Translations under genes and position numbers: made by a program
The notes under the pieces: generated by a model
The model's input: the letters and a program-made list of their open reading frames with translations, nothing else
Databases searched by the model: none
What the model was told of the DNA's origin: nothing
Part shown: positions 50,256-60,036 of the stretch, piece after piece
Layout: each line of letters starts with the position of its first letter
How positions within the stretch are numbered: position 1 is the stretch's first letter
Assembly (NCBI GenBank): GCA_900549575.1
Contig: URPB01000001.1
Span: 2,560-66,559, forward strand
DNA from: an uncultured Collinsella sp.
GTDB taxonomy: Bacteria; Actinomycetota; Coriobacteriia; Coriobacteriales; Coriobacteriaceae
Reading direction: 5' to 3'
DNA: 64,000 bases

Positions 50256-51752
50256 ATGGTGAAGAACAGAGCAGCCATATACGCGCGCTTCAGCTCGCAC
50301 AATCAGCGCTCTGAGAGTATCGAGATACAAGTTGAGAACTCGCGCGCATACTGCGAGCGCGAGGGCTTGCAGGTCGTGCGGGAATACTGCGACTATGCGC
50401 AGACAGGGCGCAACGTCAACCGCGCTGAGTTCCAGCGCATGATGAACGATGCGAAGCTAGGTCTATTTGATTTTGTGGTGATTTACAAGGTGACGCGCAT
50501 AATGCGCAACCGAGATGAAATGGCCTTGGCTCGAATCATGCTGCGCAAGGCCGGTGTTGAAATACTGTACGCGGGCGAAGAGATCGCGAGCGGTTCGAGC
50601 GGTGTGCTGCAACTAGGCATGCTCGAAGTTCTCGCGGAATGGGAAAGCGCTATCGACAGTGAGCGCATAAGAGACGGAATCCAGAAGAACGCCGCTCGGT
50701 GCCTTGCTAACGGGCATTCGCTATACGGTTGGGATATTGTAGACGGTCGTTATAGCGTCAATGAGCGCGAAGCGGCGCTTATGCGCAAGATGAAGAACAT
50801 GCTGTTTTCCGGCCATTCGGTAGCCGATATCGTGCGGGCGCTCGAAGGTGAGAAGACACGCAATGGAAAGCCCTTCAACCAAGACAAGGTGACTAAGCTT
50901 CTGCGAAGGGTGCAGAACGGCGGAACATATAGCTATGCCGGTCATGTGGTAGAAGGTGGGATGCCGGGTCTTTGGCCGCAAGTAGAACAAGACATGATAG
51001 AAAGCGTCCTTAACGACAGGCACCGCCCGCGCCGCAAGGTAGATTCGTCTAAAGAGTTTCCGCTTTCCGGCAAACTCTACTGCACGAAATGCGGTATGCC
51101 AATGGCGGGAATGAGTGGAACATCTAAGACAGGCAAAGCCTATCACTACTACCGTTGCCGCAAGTGCAGAAGAACAGTGCGCCGTGATCTGATAGAAGAT
51201 GCCGTAGTAGATATGACGCTGCAAGCCGTTGCGCGCGACGATGTGCGACAGCGGATAGCGCAAGGAATGGCGCTCTACCAATCAGAGCAAGAAGAGACGA
51301 AGCCAGAAAGCTACTATCTGAAGAAAGAGCTTAGGCGCATTGATGCGGCGTTCGAACGCATCTGGCAAGCGATAGAAGATGGGATTGCACCACCGGGCGG
51401 AAAAGAGCGCACGGACGAACTGAAGTGCCGCAAAGCGGAAATCGAAGCGCAGCTGCGCATAGCAGAGCGCGACGAATCTATGTCGTTTGGCGTTGACGAA
51501 CTCATGCTGTGGCTCGATGAGATCGCAACGGAACTAACGCCGCTCGATATCCTCAACAAGTTTGTTCGGTTCGCTGAGATTGACGGCAAGAGCAACCGCA
51601 TACGCGTTTACTTTGCCTTCGATAAGCACGGTGACGGCTTTTCGCCTAACAGCGCGGACAAAGGCGAACACCTCTATGAAGAGAGGTGTTCGCCTAATTC
51701 TACGCTGGTGGAGGCGCGGAGAATCGAACTCCGGTCCACGAAAGCCCCCTGA
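50256..51752 (+). CDS. Large serine recombinase (phage integrase)
   Basis: N-terminal resolvase domain AAIYARFSSHNQ...; recombinase domain; zinc ribbon CTKCGMPM...YYRCRKC; coiled coil. Last 47 nt overlap ssrA on the opposite strand. Confidence 0.9.
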   Translation: MVKNRAAIYARFSSHNQRSESIEIQVENSRAYCEREGLQVVREYCDYAQTGRNVNRAEFQRMMNDAKLGLFDFVVIYKVTRIMRNRDEMALARIMLRKAGVEILYAGEEIASGSSGVLQLGMLEVLAEWESAIDSERIRDGIQKNAARCLANGHSLYGWDIVDGRYSVNEREAALMRKMKNMLFSGHSVADIVRALEGEKTRNGKPFNQDKVTKLLRRVQNGGTYSYAGHVVEGGMPGLWPQVEQDMIESVLNDRHRPRRKVDSSKEFPLSGKLYCTKCGMPMAGMSGTSKTGKAYHYYRCRKCRRTVRRDLIEDAVVDMTLQAVARDDVRQRIAQGMALYQSEQEETKPESYYLKKELRRIDAAFERIWQAIEDGIAPPGGKERTDELKCRKAEIEAQLRIAERDESMSFGVDELMLWLDEIATELTPLDILNKFVRFAEIDGKSNRIRVYFAFDKHGDGFSPNSADKGEHLYEERCSPNSTLVEARRIELRSTKAP

Positions 51753-52069
51753 TTGGCATCTCCAAGCTCAGTCGCTGGTTTAGTCTCGGACGCTTTGCGC
51801 GCAGCGACACGCTCGCGGCATCCCAACCGGTTCGGTCTTAGCCCGCGCCATACCGATTACGTGCGCAGGAGCATTCCCCTAACATGACGTCGCGCCGGTG
51901 TCGGGGAAATCACCGGGTTGACGCGCCGCTATAAACTAAGCAGCGAGAGCCATAGGCTCAAAAGAAGAGTTGTTGTCAATTCAATTTGACGGTACCCCTG
52001 TTTAACGAGGCGAGGAGACCTCGGCTTGCTTCCTCTCTCAGAGCTATCGTGTCGAAACCAGTCGCCCCC
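51706..52069 (-). ncRNA. ssrA: tmRNA
   Basis: 5' GGGGGCGACTGGTTTCGAC... pairs with 3' ...CGCCTCCACCA (7-bp acceptor stem with G3-U); T-arm CGGAG-TTCGATT-CTCCG; internal tag ORF ...DNNSSFEPMALAA-stop. Confidence 0.9.
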
Positions 52070-52308
52070 GGATGTCGGGAAAGTCTGGATGGTATCGGGC
52101 CTGCAAACACCCGATAACCGTCGACTTTTCAAGGAACATACGGGGCGAGCCCCGCTCGTGGAGTGTTATCTTACCACGTTCTGAAAGCGGACAGCTGTTC
52201 TATGCACGAGCTGTGAAGACCCCAATGTGCGCCGCACTTCGCACTTTTGCTACCGATCGCGTCACGTATATTTTCGCCAAGCAGAATTGACCCGTCGAAA
52301 GGACCGTT

Positions 52309-52743
52309 ATGGATACCAAGCAGCAACTCGTCAATGCCCTCGCAGGCCTGGGCTCAACCATTACCGAAGCTATGGATGTCATCGAGGGCTTTGTCCCCTG
52401 CGGACATCCTGCCCTCACGGTATCGAACGCACTCGTCGCGCTGGACGCTGACGATGATGCAGCTCTCGCCCAGCAGCTTGAAACCGTCGAGGGCTTTATC
52501 GACCACGTGAGTGAGAACCGCGGCGTGGCCGCCTACCACGGCATCGAGGTCGAGCTCGCGGGTCCCAAAGCCGATCTGCTCGCAGCAATCCGCGAGGTAG
52601 GCGCCCTTATGCAGACCGCAGGCGTCAAGAACACCCAGGTCAACGAGTGGGTCTACCGCAGTCTGGCAGCACTCGACAGCTCCGACGAAAAGGCAGTCGA
52701 GCAGCTCGCAGAAAGTCCCGCCATTAAGGCCGAGCTTTTGTAA
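52309..52743 (+). CDS. Hypothetical protein
   Basis: 144 aa acidic helical protein; RBS gaaagga. Confidence 0.5.
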   Translation: MDTKQQLVNALAGLGSTITEAMDVIEGFVPCGHPALTVSNALVALDADDDAALAQQLETVEGFIDHVSENRGVAAYHGIEVELAGPKADLLAAIREVGALMQTAGVKNTQVNEWVYRSLAALDSSDEKAVEQLAESPAIKAELL

Positions 52744-52801
52744 ATAGCAGACGCGGGTCCCTTGGCGCATCGTCGTCCAAGAGGCCCGCAAACAGTTTGC
52801 G

Positions 52802-53317
52802 TCAACCGATAGCCGCGCCGCCGCGTTCGGCCAAAGCAAGAATCGGCATCATTTGGCGCGGGGTCTTTGCTGCAAGATCGGCATGTTCGAGCAGCTTGCG
52901 ATCGTTGGTCACCAAGTAATCGACCTGCGCGCGTTTGCATGCGGCGAGTACCAAGTTGTCCTCGTAATCGCGATGGAGCGCTAAGTATTTGTCGGCCAGC
53001 CAAAGGTCCGACGCATCTGCACCCACGGCCGTGGCGTTTTCGGTCATGTTCCGAACAAACGCCAGCGCCGCATCGCCAATTGCACGGGCAGATGCCTCGT
53101 CGAGCGCTCCCCCACTGGCAAGAACGCTACGCTTCAGCTCGTGTTGGACAACGTACAGCACGTCCTTGGCGATATGCACCGGAAAGAACATCAATGCCCC
53201 TGCCTCCGCCGCCTGCCCAATAAACGCACGCGCGGCAAGCGACTCGGCATGGTCGACGCAAAACGAATCAACCCATACGTTGGCGTCCACCATTATTTTG
53301 AGGGGAGCCCCGCTCAC
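52802..53317 (-). CDS. PIN-domain toxin (VapC-like)
   Basis: GTG 53317 in GTGA overlap with antitoxin stop; acidic PIN residues in MVDANVW, VVQHEL, ADASDLW, YLVTNDRKL. Confidence 0.7.
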   Translation of the reverse strand: MSGAPLKIMVDANVWVDSFCVDHAESLAARAFIGQAAEAGALMFFPVHIAKDVLYVVQHELKRSVLASGGALDEASARAIGDAALAFVRNMTENATAVGADASDLWLADKYLALHRDYEDNLVLAACKRAQVDYLVTNDRKLLEHADLAAKTPRQMMPILALAERGGAAIG

Positions 53318-53667
53318 AGGATCATCTCCTTTTGGCGATAGCGCTCGTCCATGGCTTCGGAATAGATTGTGTCCCAATCGCGATCGTCGGATACGGGCGA
53401 CGTAGCGATGCCCAAATCTGCATAAAGCCGGTCTGCCGCTGCCCATGATGCGGCGAACGGAGTATCGGGCGCGACGGATTGCCGCCGGTCGTCGACGGCC
53501 GCAAGCACTTCCTCGCACGAACCACCGCCCTGCGCGACCTTGGCCACCACCTTTTTGATGAGCTCGGGCAGTGACCTGCCCGAAAGCTGCAGCGCTTCCT
53601 CGGCGCGCTCTTTAACCGAGCGATCTACGCGAACGTTCACCTGCGCCATGCCGCTAACAGCACCCAT
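53314..53667 (-). CDS. RHH (RelB/DinJ-like) antitoxin
   Basis: ...MAQVNVRVDRSVKERAEEALQLSGRSLPELIKKVV...; ATG 53667 has a GGTGAGG RBS (alternative ATG 53649). Confidence 0.65.
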   Translation of the reverse strand: MGAVSGMAQVNVRVDRSVKERAEEALQLSGRSLPELIKKVVAKVAQGGGSCEEVLAAVDDRRQSVAPDTPFAASWAAADRLYADLGIATSPVSDDRDWDTIYSEAMDERYRQKEMIL

Positions 53668-53805
53668 CTCAACCTCACCTTCGACTCCTGCTATCTTAGC
53701 TAGCACAACTATATATTGCTGCTAGCACACGGTCAAACGCAAAAGGCCTGCATTCTGGCGGCTGCAACACCGTCCGAATGCAGGCCATTAACTCAAGCAA
53801 AAGCG

Positions 53806-55881
53806 CTAACGCAGGTAAGCCTTCGCGTTGCTCAGGCTGTAGGCAATCGTCGAGCCGTTGTGCAGTAACGACGACGTCTGCGGGGTAATCGCGCCGGTAA
53901 TACCCAATGCCAACAGCGCCGAGTTGGTGAGCATCACCTTAGAGTAGGAGCTCGTCAGACGATCAATGAGGCCCTGACTCATGCGGCGCAGGCGCACGAT
54001 TGCGGCCAGATCCGTATCGGTCAGGATGATATCGGCGACCTCCTTGGCGATGTCGCTTCCGCCACCCATCGCCAAGCCCACGTCGGCCAAACCGAGCGCC
54101 GGCGAATCGTTGACACCGTCGCCCACCATGGCAACGTGGCGCCCCTCGCCCTTAATGCGCTCCACATACGCGTACTTGTCCTCGGGCAGCAGCTCGGCCT
54201 TAAACTCGTCGACCCCTGCCTCGCGAGCAATGCGCTCGGCCGTGCGCTCCGAGTCGCCCGTGAGCATAACGACATGCTTAACGCCCAACGCGTGCAGGTC
54301 GGCGATGGCCTCACGGACCCCGGCCTTGAGCGGATCCTCGATGCCGAGCACGCCGACGACCTTGCCGTCGACCGCCAGATACAGCGGCGACAGGCCCTGC
54401 ATCTGGGACTCGATTTGCTCCTTAATGTCGGCCTCGAGCTGCGCGCTCTCGTCCTCAAACACAAAGTGTGCCGAGCCGATAATCGCGCGACGCCCCTCGA
54501 TGGACGAAGCGATGCCGTGCGCCACGATGTACTCGACGGCAGCATGGCGCTCGCGGTGCTCGAGCCCGCGCTCGCGGGCGGCGTTGACCACGGCACGCGC
54601 CACCGGATGCGGAAAATGCTCCTCCAAGCAAGCGGAAAGGCGCAGGACCTCGTCCTCGCTCCAGCCGTCGGTCGTGAGCACGCAAGCTAGGCGCGGCTGG
54701 GCCTCGGTAAGCGTGCCGGTCTTGTCAAACACAATGGTGTCGGCCTTGGCAAACGACTCAAAGTACTTCGCGCCCTTGACCATGACGCCCATCTTGGCAG
54801 CATCGCTCATAGCGGTCATGACGGCAACGGAACCCGTGAGCTTGAGTGCGCACGAGTAGTCGACCATCAGTGCCGCGGAGGTCTTGATGAGACTGCGCGT
54901 GGTGAGCGCAACCAGGCCCGCGAGCAGGAAGTTCCACGGGACGATCTTGTTGGCAAGGTCCTCCATATGCGACTGGCCCTCGGACTTGAGCGAGTCGGCC
55001 GTCTGCACGAGCGAGACGATTGAGCGCAGTTTGGTTTGCGCCGTATTGGCGCGCACGCGCACCAAGATGCCGCCGTCTTCCACGACGGTACCGGCGAACA
55101 CGTCGTCGCCCACGCTGCGCTCGACGGCCAGCGGCTCGCCGGTCAGGGTCGCCTGGTTGACCATAGCGCTCCCCTGCTCGACAACACCGTCAATGCAGAT
55201 GGACATGCCGGTGCGCACGGCGACCAAGTCGCCGGGCTCGAGCTCGGTGGCGGCAACGCTTACCTCGGTGTCGCCGACGACCTTTTGCGCCTTGTCGGGC
55301 ACATCGAGCAGCGAGTTGATGAGCTCGTTTTCGCTCATGGCGCGGGTGTAGTCCTCGAGCAGCTCGCCCACGTTGAGCAGGAACATCGTCTGGCCCGCGG
55401 TGTCGACATCACGCTTGACGAACGAAATGCCGATGGCCGAAGCGTCGAGCACGGGAACGGTCAGGCGCGGCTGCGCGAGCTCATGAAGGGCAGCGCGCAA
55501 AAATGCCATGTAACCGGCCACGACAAACACCGCACGCAGAGGCGTCGGCAAGAACCAGCGACGTGCGTAATGGGCACCGATAAGTGTGGCAAGATCCATG
55601 ACGAGCTTGTGCTTGCGTGGCTCAAGCTGCATCACGTAGCCTGTCTTTGCGTCGGCAATGGCCTGAGCATCGAGTGCGCCCAAGGCGTCGAGCACGCTCG
55701 CGCGGCGCGGCTCATCGTATTCGAGCGCCATCTGGCCGATGCGGCCGTAGACGCGCACCTTGTGCACGCCGTCGATGTCGCCGCCAAGCTTAAGAAGTGC
55801 ATCGAGATCGCTCTCTGGCACAGGACCCGCCAATTGAAGACGGGTCCTGCCGGGGATCTCGCTAATAATCGAGAATCTCAT
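53806..55881 (-). CDS. P-type ATPase, P1B (heavy-metal)-like, atypical metal motifs
   Basis: DKTGTLT, MLTGDS, MVGDGVNDSPAL present; TM6 has YSCALKL where CPC/SPC is expected; N-terminal HMA-like fold lacks CxxC. Confidence 0.8.
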   Translation of the reverse strand: MRFSIISEIPGRTRLQLAGPVPESDLDALLKLGGDIDGVHKVRVYGRIGQMALEYDEPRRASVLDALGALDAQAIADAKTGYVMQLEPRKHKLVMDLATLIGAHYARRWFLPTPLRAVFVVAGYMAFLRAALHELAQPRLTVPVLDASAIGISFVKRDVDTAGQTMFLLNVGELLEDYTRAMSENELINSLLDVPDKAQKVVGDTEVSVAATELEPGDLVAVRTGMSICIDGVVEQGSAMVNQATLTGEPLAVERSVGDDVFAGTVVEDGGILVRVRANTAQTKLRSIVSLVQTADSLKSEGQSHMEDLANKIVPWNFLLAGLVALTTRSLIKTSAALMVDYSCALKLTGSVAVMTAMSDAAKMGVMVKGAKYFESFAKADTIVFDKTGTLTEAQPRLACVLTTDGWSEDEVLRLSACLEEHFPHPVARAVVNAARERGLEHRERHAAVEYIVAHGIASSIEGRRAIIGSAHFVFEDESAQLEADIKEQIESQMQGLSPLYLAVDGKVVGVLGIEDPLKAGVREAIADLHALGVKHVVMLTGDSERTAERIAREAGVDEFKAELLPEDKYAYVERIKGEGRHVAMVGDGVNDSPALGLADVGLAMGGGSDIAKEVADIILTDTDLAAIVRLRRMSQGLIDRLTSSYSKVMLTNSALLALGITGAITPQTSSLLHNGSTIAYSLSNAKAYLR

Positions 55882-55899
55882 AGTTTGTGCCTGGAAGCG

Positions 55900-56145
55900 T
55901 TACTCGGCTGCCTCGTCAGCAGCGGCCTCGCTCTGGGTGATGTAAGCCGCCTCGGCAACCATGTCGTCGACATTAGCCTTGGCCTGCTCGACCATGTCCT
56001 GGTAGCCGTTCTTGATGCGCATACCGCACGCAATACCCTGCACGCAGACATTCTTGACCGGAGCGCTGGTAAGCAGCTTGATGCCGGCCGTGCCAAGCAG
56101 AAAACCGCCACCGACAAGCAGGGTATTGAACGTCGACTTCTTCAT
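55900..56145 (-). CDS. Small membrane-anchored protein upstream of the ATPase
   Basis: 81 aa from ATG 56145 (RBS aagggagaag); one N-terminal TM, acidic tail. Confidence 0.5.
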   Translation of the reverse strand: MKKSTFNTLLVGGGFLLGTAGIKLLTSAPVKNVCVQGIACGMRIKNGYQDMVEQAKANVDDMVAEAAYITQSEAAADEAAE

Positions 56146-56340
56146 GTTGCTTCTCCCTTTTGCCGCATTGGACGCGGCATGGTGCCTCAGCACCCGAGTA
56201 AACAAGTTTGCTCGAGCACGCTTTTGAAATATCTCAATTTTATCTAACTATCTAGGTCAGCCATGGCTAACCTTTTGAAAATTAACGATGCGGAGTAACC
56301 GATTGTCAATGTGAGAAAGGGACTGTCCCTTTGCCCCTTC

Positions 56341-58098
56341 TTACAACTGCCAGGTAGCTGCTTCCTTTTGCAGCGCCACCATGCGGGCGAATTCTCCACC
56401 TGCCGCCTTGAGCTGCGCCGGAGTGCCCTGCTCGGCTACCACACCATCCTTGAGCACAACGATCTTATCGGCATTTTCTACCGTGCGCATACGGTGGGCG
56501 ATCACGATAACCGTCTTGCCTGCGAGCAGGCGGGAAAGCGCCTGCTGCACCACGGTCTCGTTCTCCACATCCAAGCTCGCTGTTGCCTCGTCCAGCAACA
56601 CGATCGGCGCGTCTTTGAGCAGCGCACGGGCGATAGAGATGCGCTGGCGCTCACCGCCGGACAGCTTGGAGCCGTTCTCGCCGATCATGGTGTCATAGCC
56701 CTGCGGCATGCGGCTCACAAACTCGTCGCAGTTGGCGGCACGCGCGGCAGCAAGCACTTCCTCATCGGTGGCATCGCGACGACCAAGACGGATGTTTCCC
56801 ATCACCGTGTCGTCAAAGAGCAGCACGTCTTGGAACACAATGGCGTAGTCGCGCAGCAGCACCTCGGGATCCACGCTCGCAACATCCACGCCACCCACGG
56901 TGACCGTGCCTTCGGTGGCGTCCCAAAAGCGCGCAGCCAGGCGGCTCACCGTAGACTTGCCGGAACCCGAAGGACCGACCAGTGCCGTAACTTCGCCTTC
57001 CTTGGCGGTAAAGCTCACGTCGGTAAGAACTTTCTCGCCGGCGCGGCCGTCCTCGCCCGCACCATAGCCAAATGCCACGTGATCGAACACCACATCGTGG
57101 CCCACGGGCTCAAATTTCTCGCTGCCCCGCGCCACGGGCTCTTCCATGATGGAACGCATGCGCTTGGCCGACGACTCGGCGGCAAACAGCTCGGACATCA
57201 GCATCAGCGCCTGATCAAAGGGCGCATAGATGCGGCTCACCATAAGCAGGAAGGCAAACATCACCAAAAAGTCGACCTGGCCGGAGGCGACCATCGCAGC
57301 GCCCGTGACCAACGTGGTGGCAATCCCCAGGCGCAGGATGGCAAAGGCGGAGTTGACCAAAAGCCCATTGGCGAGCTCGCCTTTGGTGGTCTCGCGCTCC
57401 TCGGCATCGATCACGGCGTTGAGCCCCTCAAGATAATGAGCCTCCTGGTTGGTGGCGCGGATCTCGCGCACGCAGTCAAGCGTCTCCTGGATCGCCTCGG
57501 TAACCTTGACCTTCTCGGCACGCACATGGTCGAACACCGGGGTCATGGGGCCGCGTGTCAGATACAGCACGGCAAAGGCCACGGGCACGCTCCAAAACGC
57601 CGCGATCGCCAGCTGCCAGCAAAAGAACAGCGACGCCACGAACACAATGGCGCTTGCGATGATGGCACCCCAAAGCTCTCCCAGCACGTGGCTGTAGGCG
57701 TGCTCCATGGCCTGGACGTCGCCCATGATGGTTTCGGTTAAATCGGCCAGATCACGACGGCCAAAAAACGACAGCGGCAGCTTGCGCAAGCGCTCGGCAA
57801 TCTCCATACGCTGCTTGCCGCACTCCTCGTAAAAGATGCAGTAGGTGTAGTAATACTGCTGCCAGTTAGAGGCAAAGAGCAACACGAAAAAGACCAGGAG
57901 GCCGCCCACAATCGGCAGGGCATCCGGCAGGTCGGCACCGGTGGCGAGATGTTCGACAAAACCGGCCATGACCAGGAACAATAAGCCCATGCCGGCCATG
58001 GTCACAAGATTGGTGAGCGCGGTCCAGAAAATGCCGCGTTTTACGCCGGCGACGCCTTTATCGGATAGGAAGTACTTCTTTTGGAATGAGGCGAACAT
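56341..58098 (-). CDS. ABC exporter, fused permease/ATPase
   Basis: Six-TM N-terminal half; Walker A GPSGSGKST, signature LSGGERQR, Walker B IVLLDEATS. Confidence 0.9.
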   Translation of the reverse strand: MFASFQKKYFLSDKGVAGVKRGIFWTALTNLVTMAGMGLLFLVMAGFVEHLATGADLPDALPIVGGLLVFFVLLFASNWQQYYYTYCIFYEECGKQRMEIAERLRKLPLSFFGRRDLADLTETIMGDVQAMEHAYSHVLGELWGAIIASAIVFVASLFFCWQLAIAAFWSVPVAFAVLYLTRGPMTPVFDHVRAEKVKVTEAIQETLDCVREIRATNQEAHYLEGLNAVIDAEERETTKGELANGLLVNSAFAILRLGIATTLVTGAAMVASGQVDFLVMFAFLLMVSRIYAPFDQALMLMSELFAAESSAKRMRSIMEEPVARGSEKFEPVGHDVVFDHVAFGYGAGEDGRAGEKVLTDVSFTAKEGEVTALVGPSGSGKSTVSRLAARFWDATEGTVTVGGVDVASVDPEVLLRDYAIVFQDVLLFDDTVMGNIRLGRRDATDEEVLAAARAANCDEFVSRMPQGYDTMIGENGSKLSGGERQRISIARALLKDAPIVLLDEATASLDVENETVVQQALSRLLAGKTVIVIAHRMRTVENADKIVVLKDGVVAEQGTPAQLKAAGGEFARMVALQKEAATWQL

Positions 58099-59922
58099 TT
58101 AGGCCTCGCCTCCCTTCGTGACGGCGGCATCCGCGGCAGCAGTGATCTTCCAGCTCGCGGCCTGTTCGTATTCGGCCCACATCTTGGCGTATAGACCGTT
58201 TTGGGACAGCAACTCGGCATGGGTACCCGACTCCTGCACGCTACCCTGGTTGAGCACCACGATCTTGTCGGCCCCCACTACAGTCGAGAGTCGGTGCGCA
58301 ATCATAATGACCGTGCGACCCGCCGCCAGCTTGCTAAAGGCGCGCTGGATGAGCGCCTCGTTCTCGGGGTCGGCAAACGCCGTGGCCTCATCGAGCACCA
58401 CGATAGGCGCGTCTTTAAGGATCGCGCGGGCGAGTGCCACGCGCTGGACCTCGCCGCCCGAAAGATATGCTCCGCCGGCACCGAGCATGGTATTGATGCC
58501 CTGTGGAAGCTTGGCCACAATGTCGTCGCACTGAGCTGCGGAGAGGGCCGCACGCACTTCGTCGTCAGTGGCCGAAGGCTTGGAGGCGCGCACGTTATCG
58601 GCAAGTGTTTGCCGGAACAGCTGGTTGGTCTGGAACACGAAGGCGACCTGGTCCATAAGCTCGTGCGGATCCATATCGCGAACGTCCACACCGCCTACGA
58701 GCACTCGACCCGAGGAGACATCCCAAAAACGCGGAATCAGGCTTGCGCAGGTTGACTTACCGCCACCCGAGGGACCCACCAGGGCGAGGGTGCTACCAGC
58801 GGGAACGCTGAAACTCACATGGCTAACGGCAGGTGCTTCGGCACCTTCGTACGTAAAGCTCACGTCCTCAAAGCGCACGTCGCCGCCGGCAGGGTGCTTG
58901 GGTTGCGCGGGCACGGAGAGCCGCTTGGAATCCATGACGCTTCGAATGCGAGCCAGCGAATCGGCACTCATCTGAGAGGCCTCGCCCACAAACATGAGCT
59001 TGGTCATGGCCGTCGGTACCACGGCCGAAAATATCGCGTAAAACGTGAAGTTGGCCATAAAATGCGCGAAGTCCGTCTCGCCCGGCGCCAACAGCAACGC
59101 CACGGGCAACAGGAATGTCACAAGACCATTGAGCGCGGTAAGGTTGAGTACCTGCGGACCTCGGCAAAACGTGCCCGCATAGCTTTGTGCCATGTCGGCG
59201 TATTCGGCTATCGCGTCGTGGAACGCCTTAAAGGAATAGACCGTCTGCTGAAACACCTTGACCACGGGAATGCCGCGTACGTATTCGGTACCGGTCTTGT
59301 TCATCTTGACCAGCGCGCCCATGTAGGCCTTCATGAACTCGGCGCCCTTGCCGCTCATCATGGTGGCCATGGCGCCAAGCGAAACGGCGACCGAGATAAG
59401 GCATGCCGCGCCCAAGCGCCAATCGAGGGCGAAAAGCAGCACGAGCAGACCTGCGACCATGGCGGTGGCGCCGGCGATATCGGGTAGCATGTGCGCGAGC
59501 AGGGTCTCGGTGGAGGCGGCGCATCCGTCTACGATACGGCGCAGCTCACCGGTGGCGTGCGTGTCAAAGTAGCCGAGCGGCAGCTTAAGCAGATGCTCGC
59601 TCGTAGCCTTGCGGATATTGGACGCGCAACGAAACGCGGATAGGTGTGTGCACATGAGCCCCACGAAATAAATCACGATGCTTGCCAGCGCAAACCCCAC
59701 GGCCCACCAGCCATACGTCGCGATGCCGCAGGCTTCGCTCCAGTTAGGTGCCACGGCGATCAGATCGCGCGCGACAAGCCAAATGCACACGTACGGGCCA
59801 AAGCTCAGCAGCTGCGAGAGCGCCGAGAGAGCCATGCCCAAATACGTTAGGAATTTGCGGTCGCCGGCATATGCAAGCAGCTCGCCGATACCGCCGCCTT
59901 CCCTTTTTGACCCCTTTGCCAT
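58099..59922 (-). CDS. ABC exporter, fused permease/ATPase (partner subunit)
   Basis: Walker A GPSGGGKST, LSGGEVQR, IVVLDEATA; ATG 59922 with aaaggaa RBS; stop adjacent to downstream start (heterodimer-type operon). Confidence 0.9.
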   Translation of the reverse strand: MAKGSKREGGGIGELLAYAGDRKFLTYLGMALSALSQLLSFGPYVCIWLVARDLIAVAPNWSEACGIATYGWWAVGFALASIVIYFVGLMCTHLSAFRCASNIRKATSEHLLKLPLGYFDTHATGELRRIVDGCAASTETLLAHMLPDIAGATAMVAGLLVLLFALDWRLGAACLISVAVSLGAMATMMSGKGAEFMKAYMGALVKMNKTGTEYVRGIPVVKVFQQTVYSFKAFHDAIAEYADMAQSYAGTFCRGPQVLNLTALNGLVTFLLPVALLLAPGETDFAHFMANFTFYAIFSAVVPTAMTKLMFVGEASQMSADSLARIRSVMDSKRLSVPAQPKHPAGGDVRFEDVSFTYEGAEAPAVSHVSFSVPAGSTLALVGPSGGGKSTCASLIPRFWDVSSGRVLVGGVDVRDMDPHELMDQVAFVFQTNQLFRQTLADNVRASKPSATDDEVRAALSAAQCDDIVAKLPQGINTMLGAGGAYLSGGEVQRVALARAILKDAPIVVLDEATAFADPENEALIQRAFSKLAAGRTVIMIAHRLSTVVGADKIVVLNQGSVQESGTHAELLSQNGLYAKMWAEYEQAASWKITAAADAAVTKGGEA

Positions 59923-60036
59923 GAGATTCCTTTCTAACGGCTTGAGAGTTAACCGTAATGAACTTATCATTGATGTGTTAGCCATGGCTCACAATTAAGC
60001 CAGGCGTGGACGTTTCTGCAAAGGAAAGGGACGCTC

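Larger units (their letters stand above)
19860..51752 (-). mobile_element. Prophage 2, complete HK97-like cos/HNH siphovirus with DGR, next to ssrA
   Basis: Serine integrase, cI/Cro, replication, HNH-TerS-TerL-portal-protease-capsid, tail, DGR, lysis, all colinear on - strand except the lysogeny genes; visibly lower GC than prophage 1. Left boundary approximate. Confidence 0.85.

Noticed and set aside
45122-51752. Treating 45122-51752 as an independent satellite/PICI-like element and 19860-45121 as a separate prophage with the tyrosine integrase at its end.
   Set aside because: The left part would have no repressor or Cro and no replication initiator. The right part would have no packaging-related genes. 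The early genes on both sides of the integrase are co-oriented and functionally complementary. I cannot exclude this without att-site data, so it is mentioned as an alternative in the findings.
52309-52743. smpB next to ssrA.
   Set aside because: The sequence lacks the basic SmpB pattern and C-terminal tail. It is an acidic helical protein and is treated as hypothetical.
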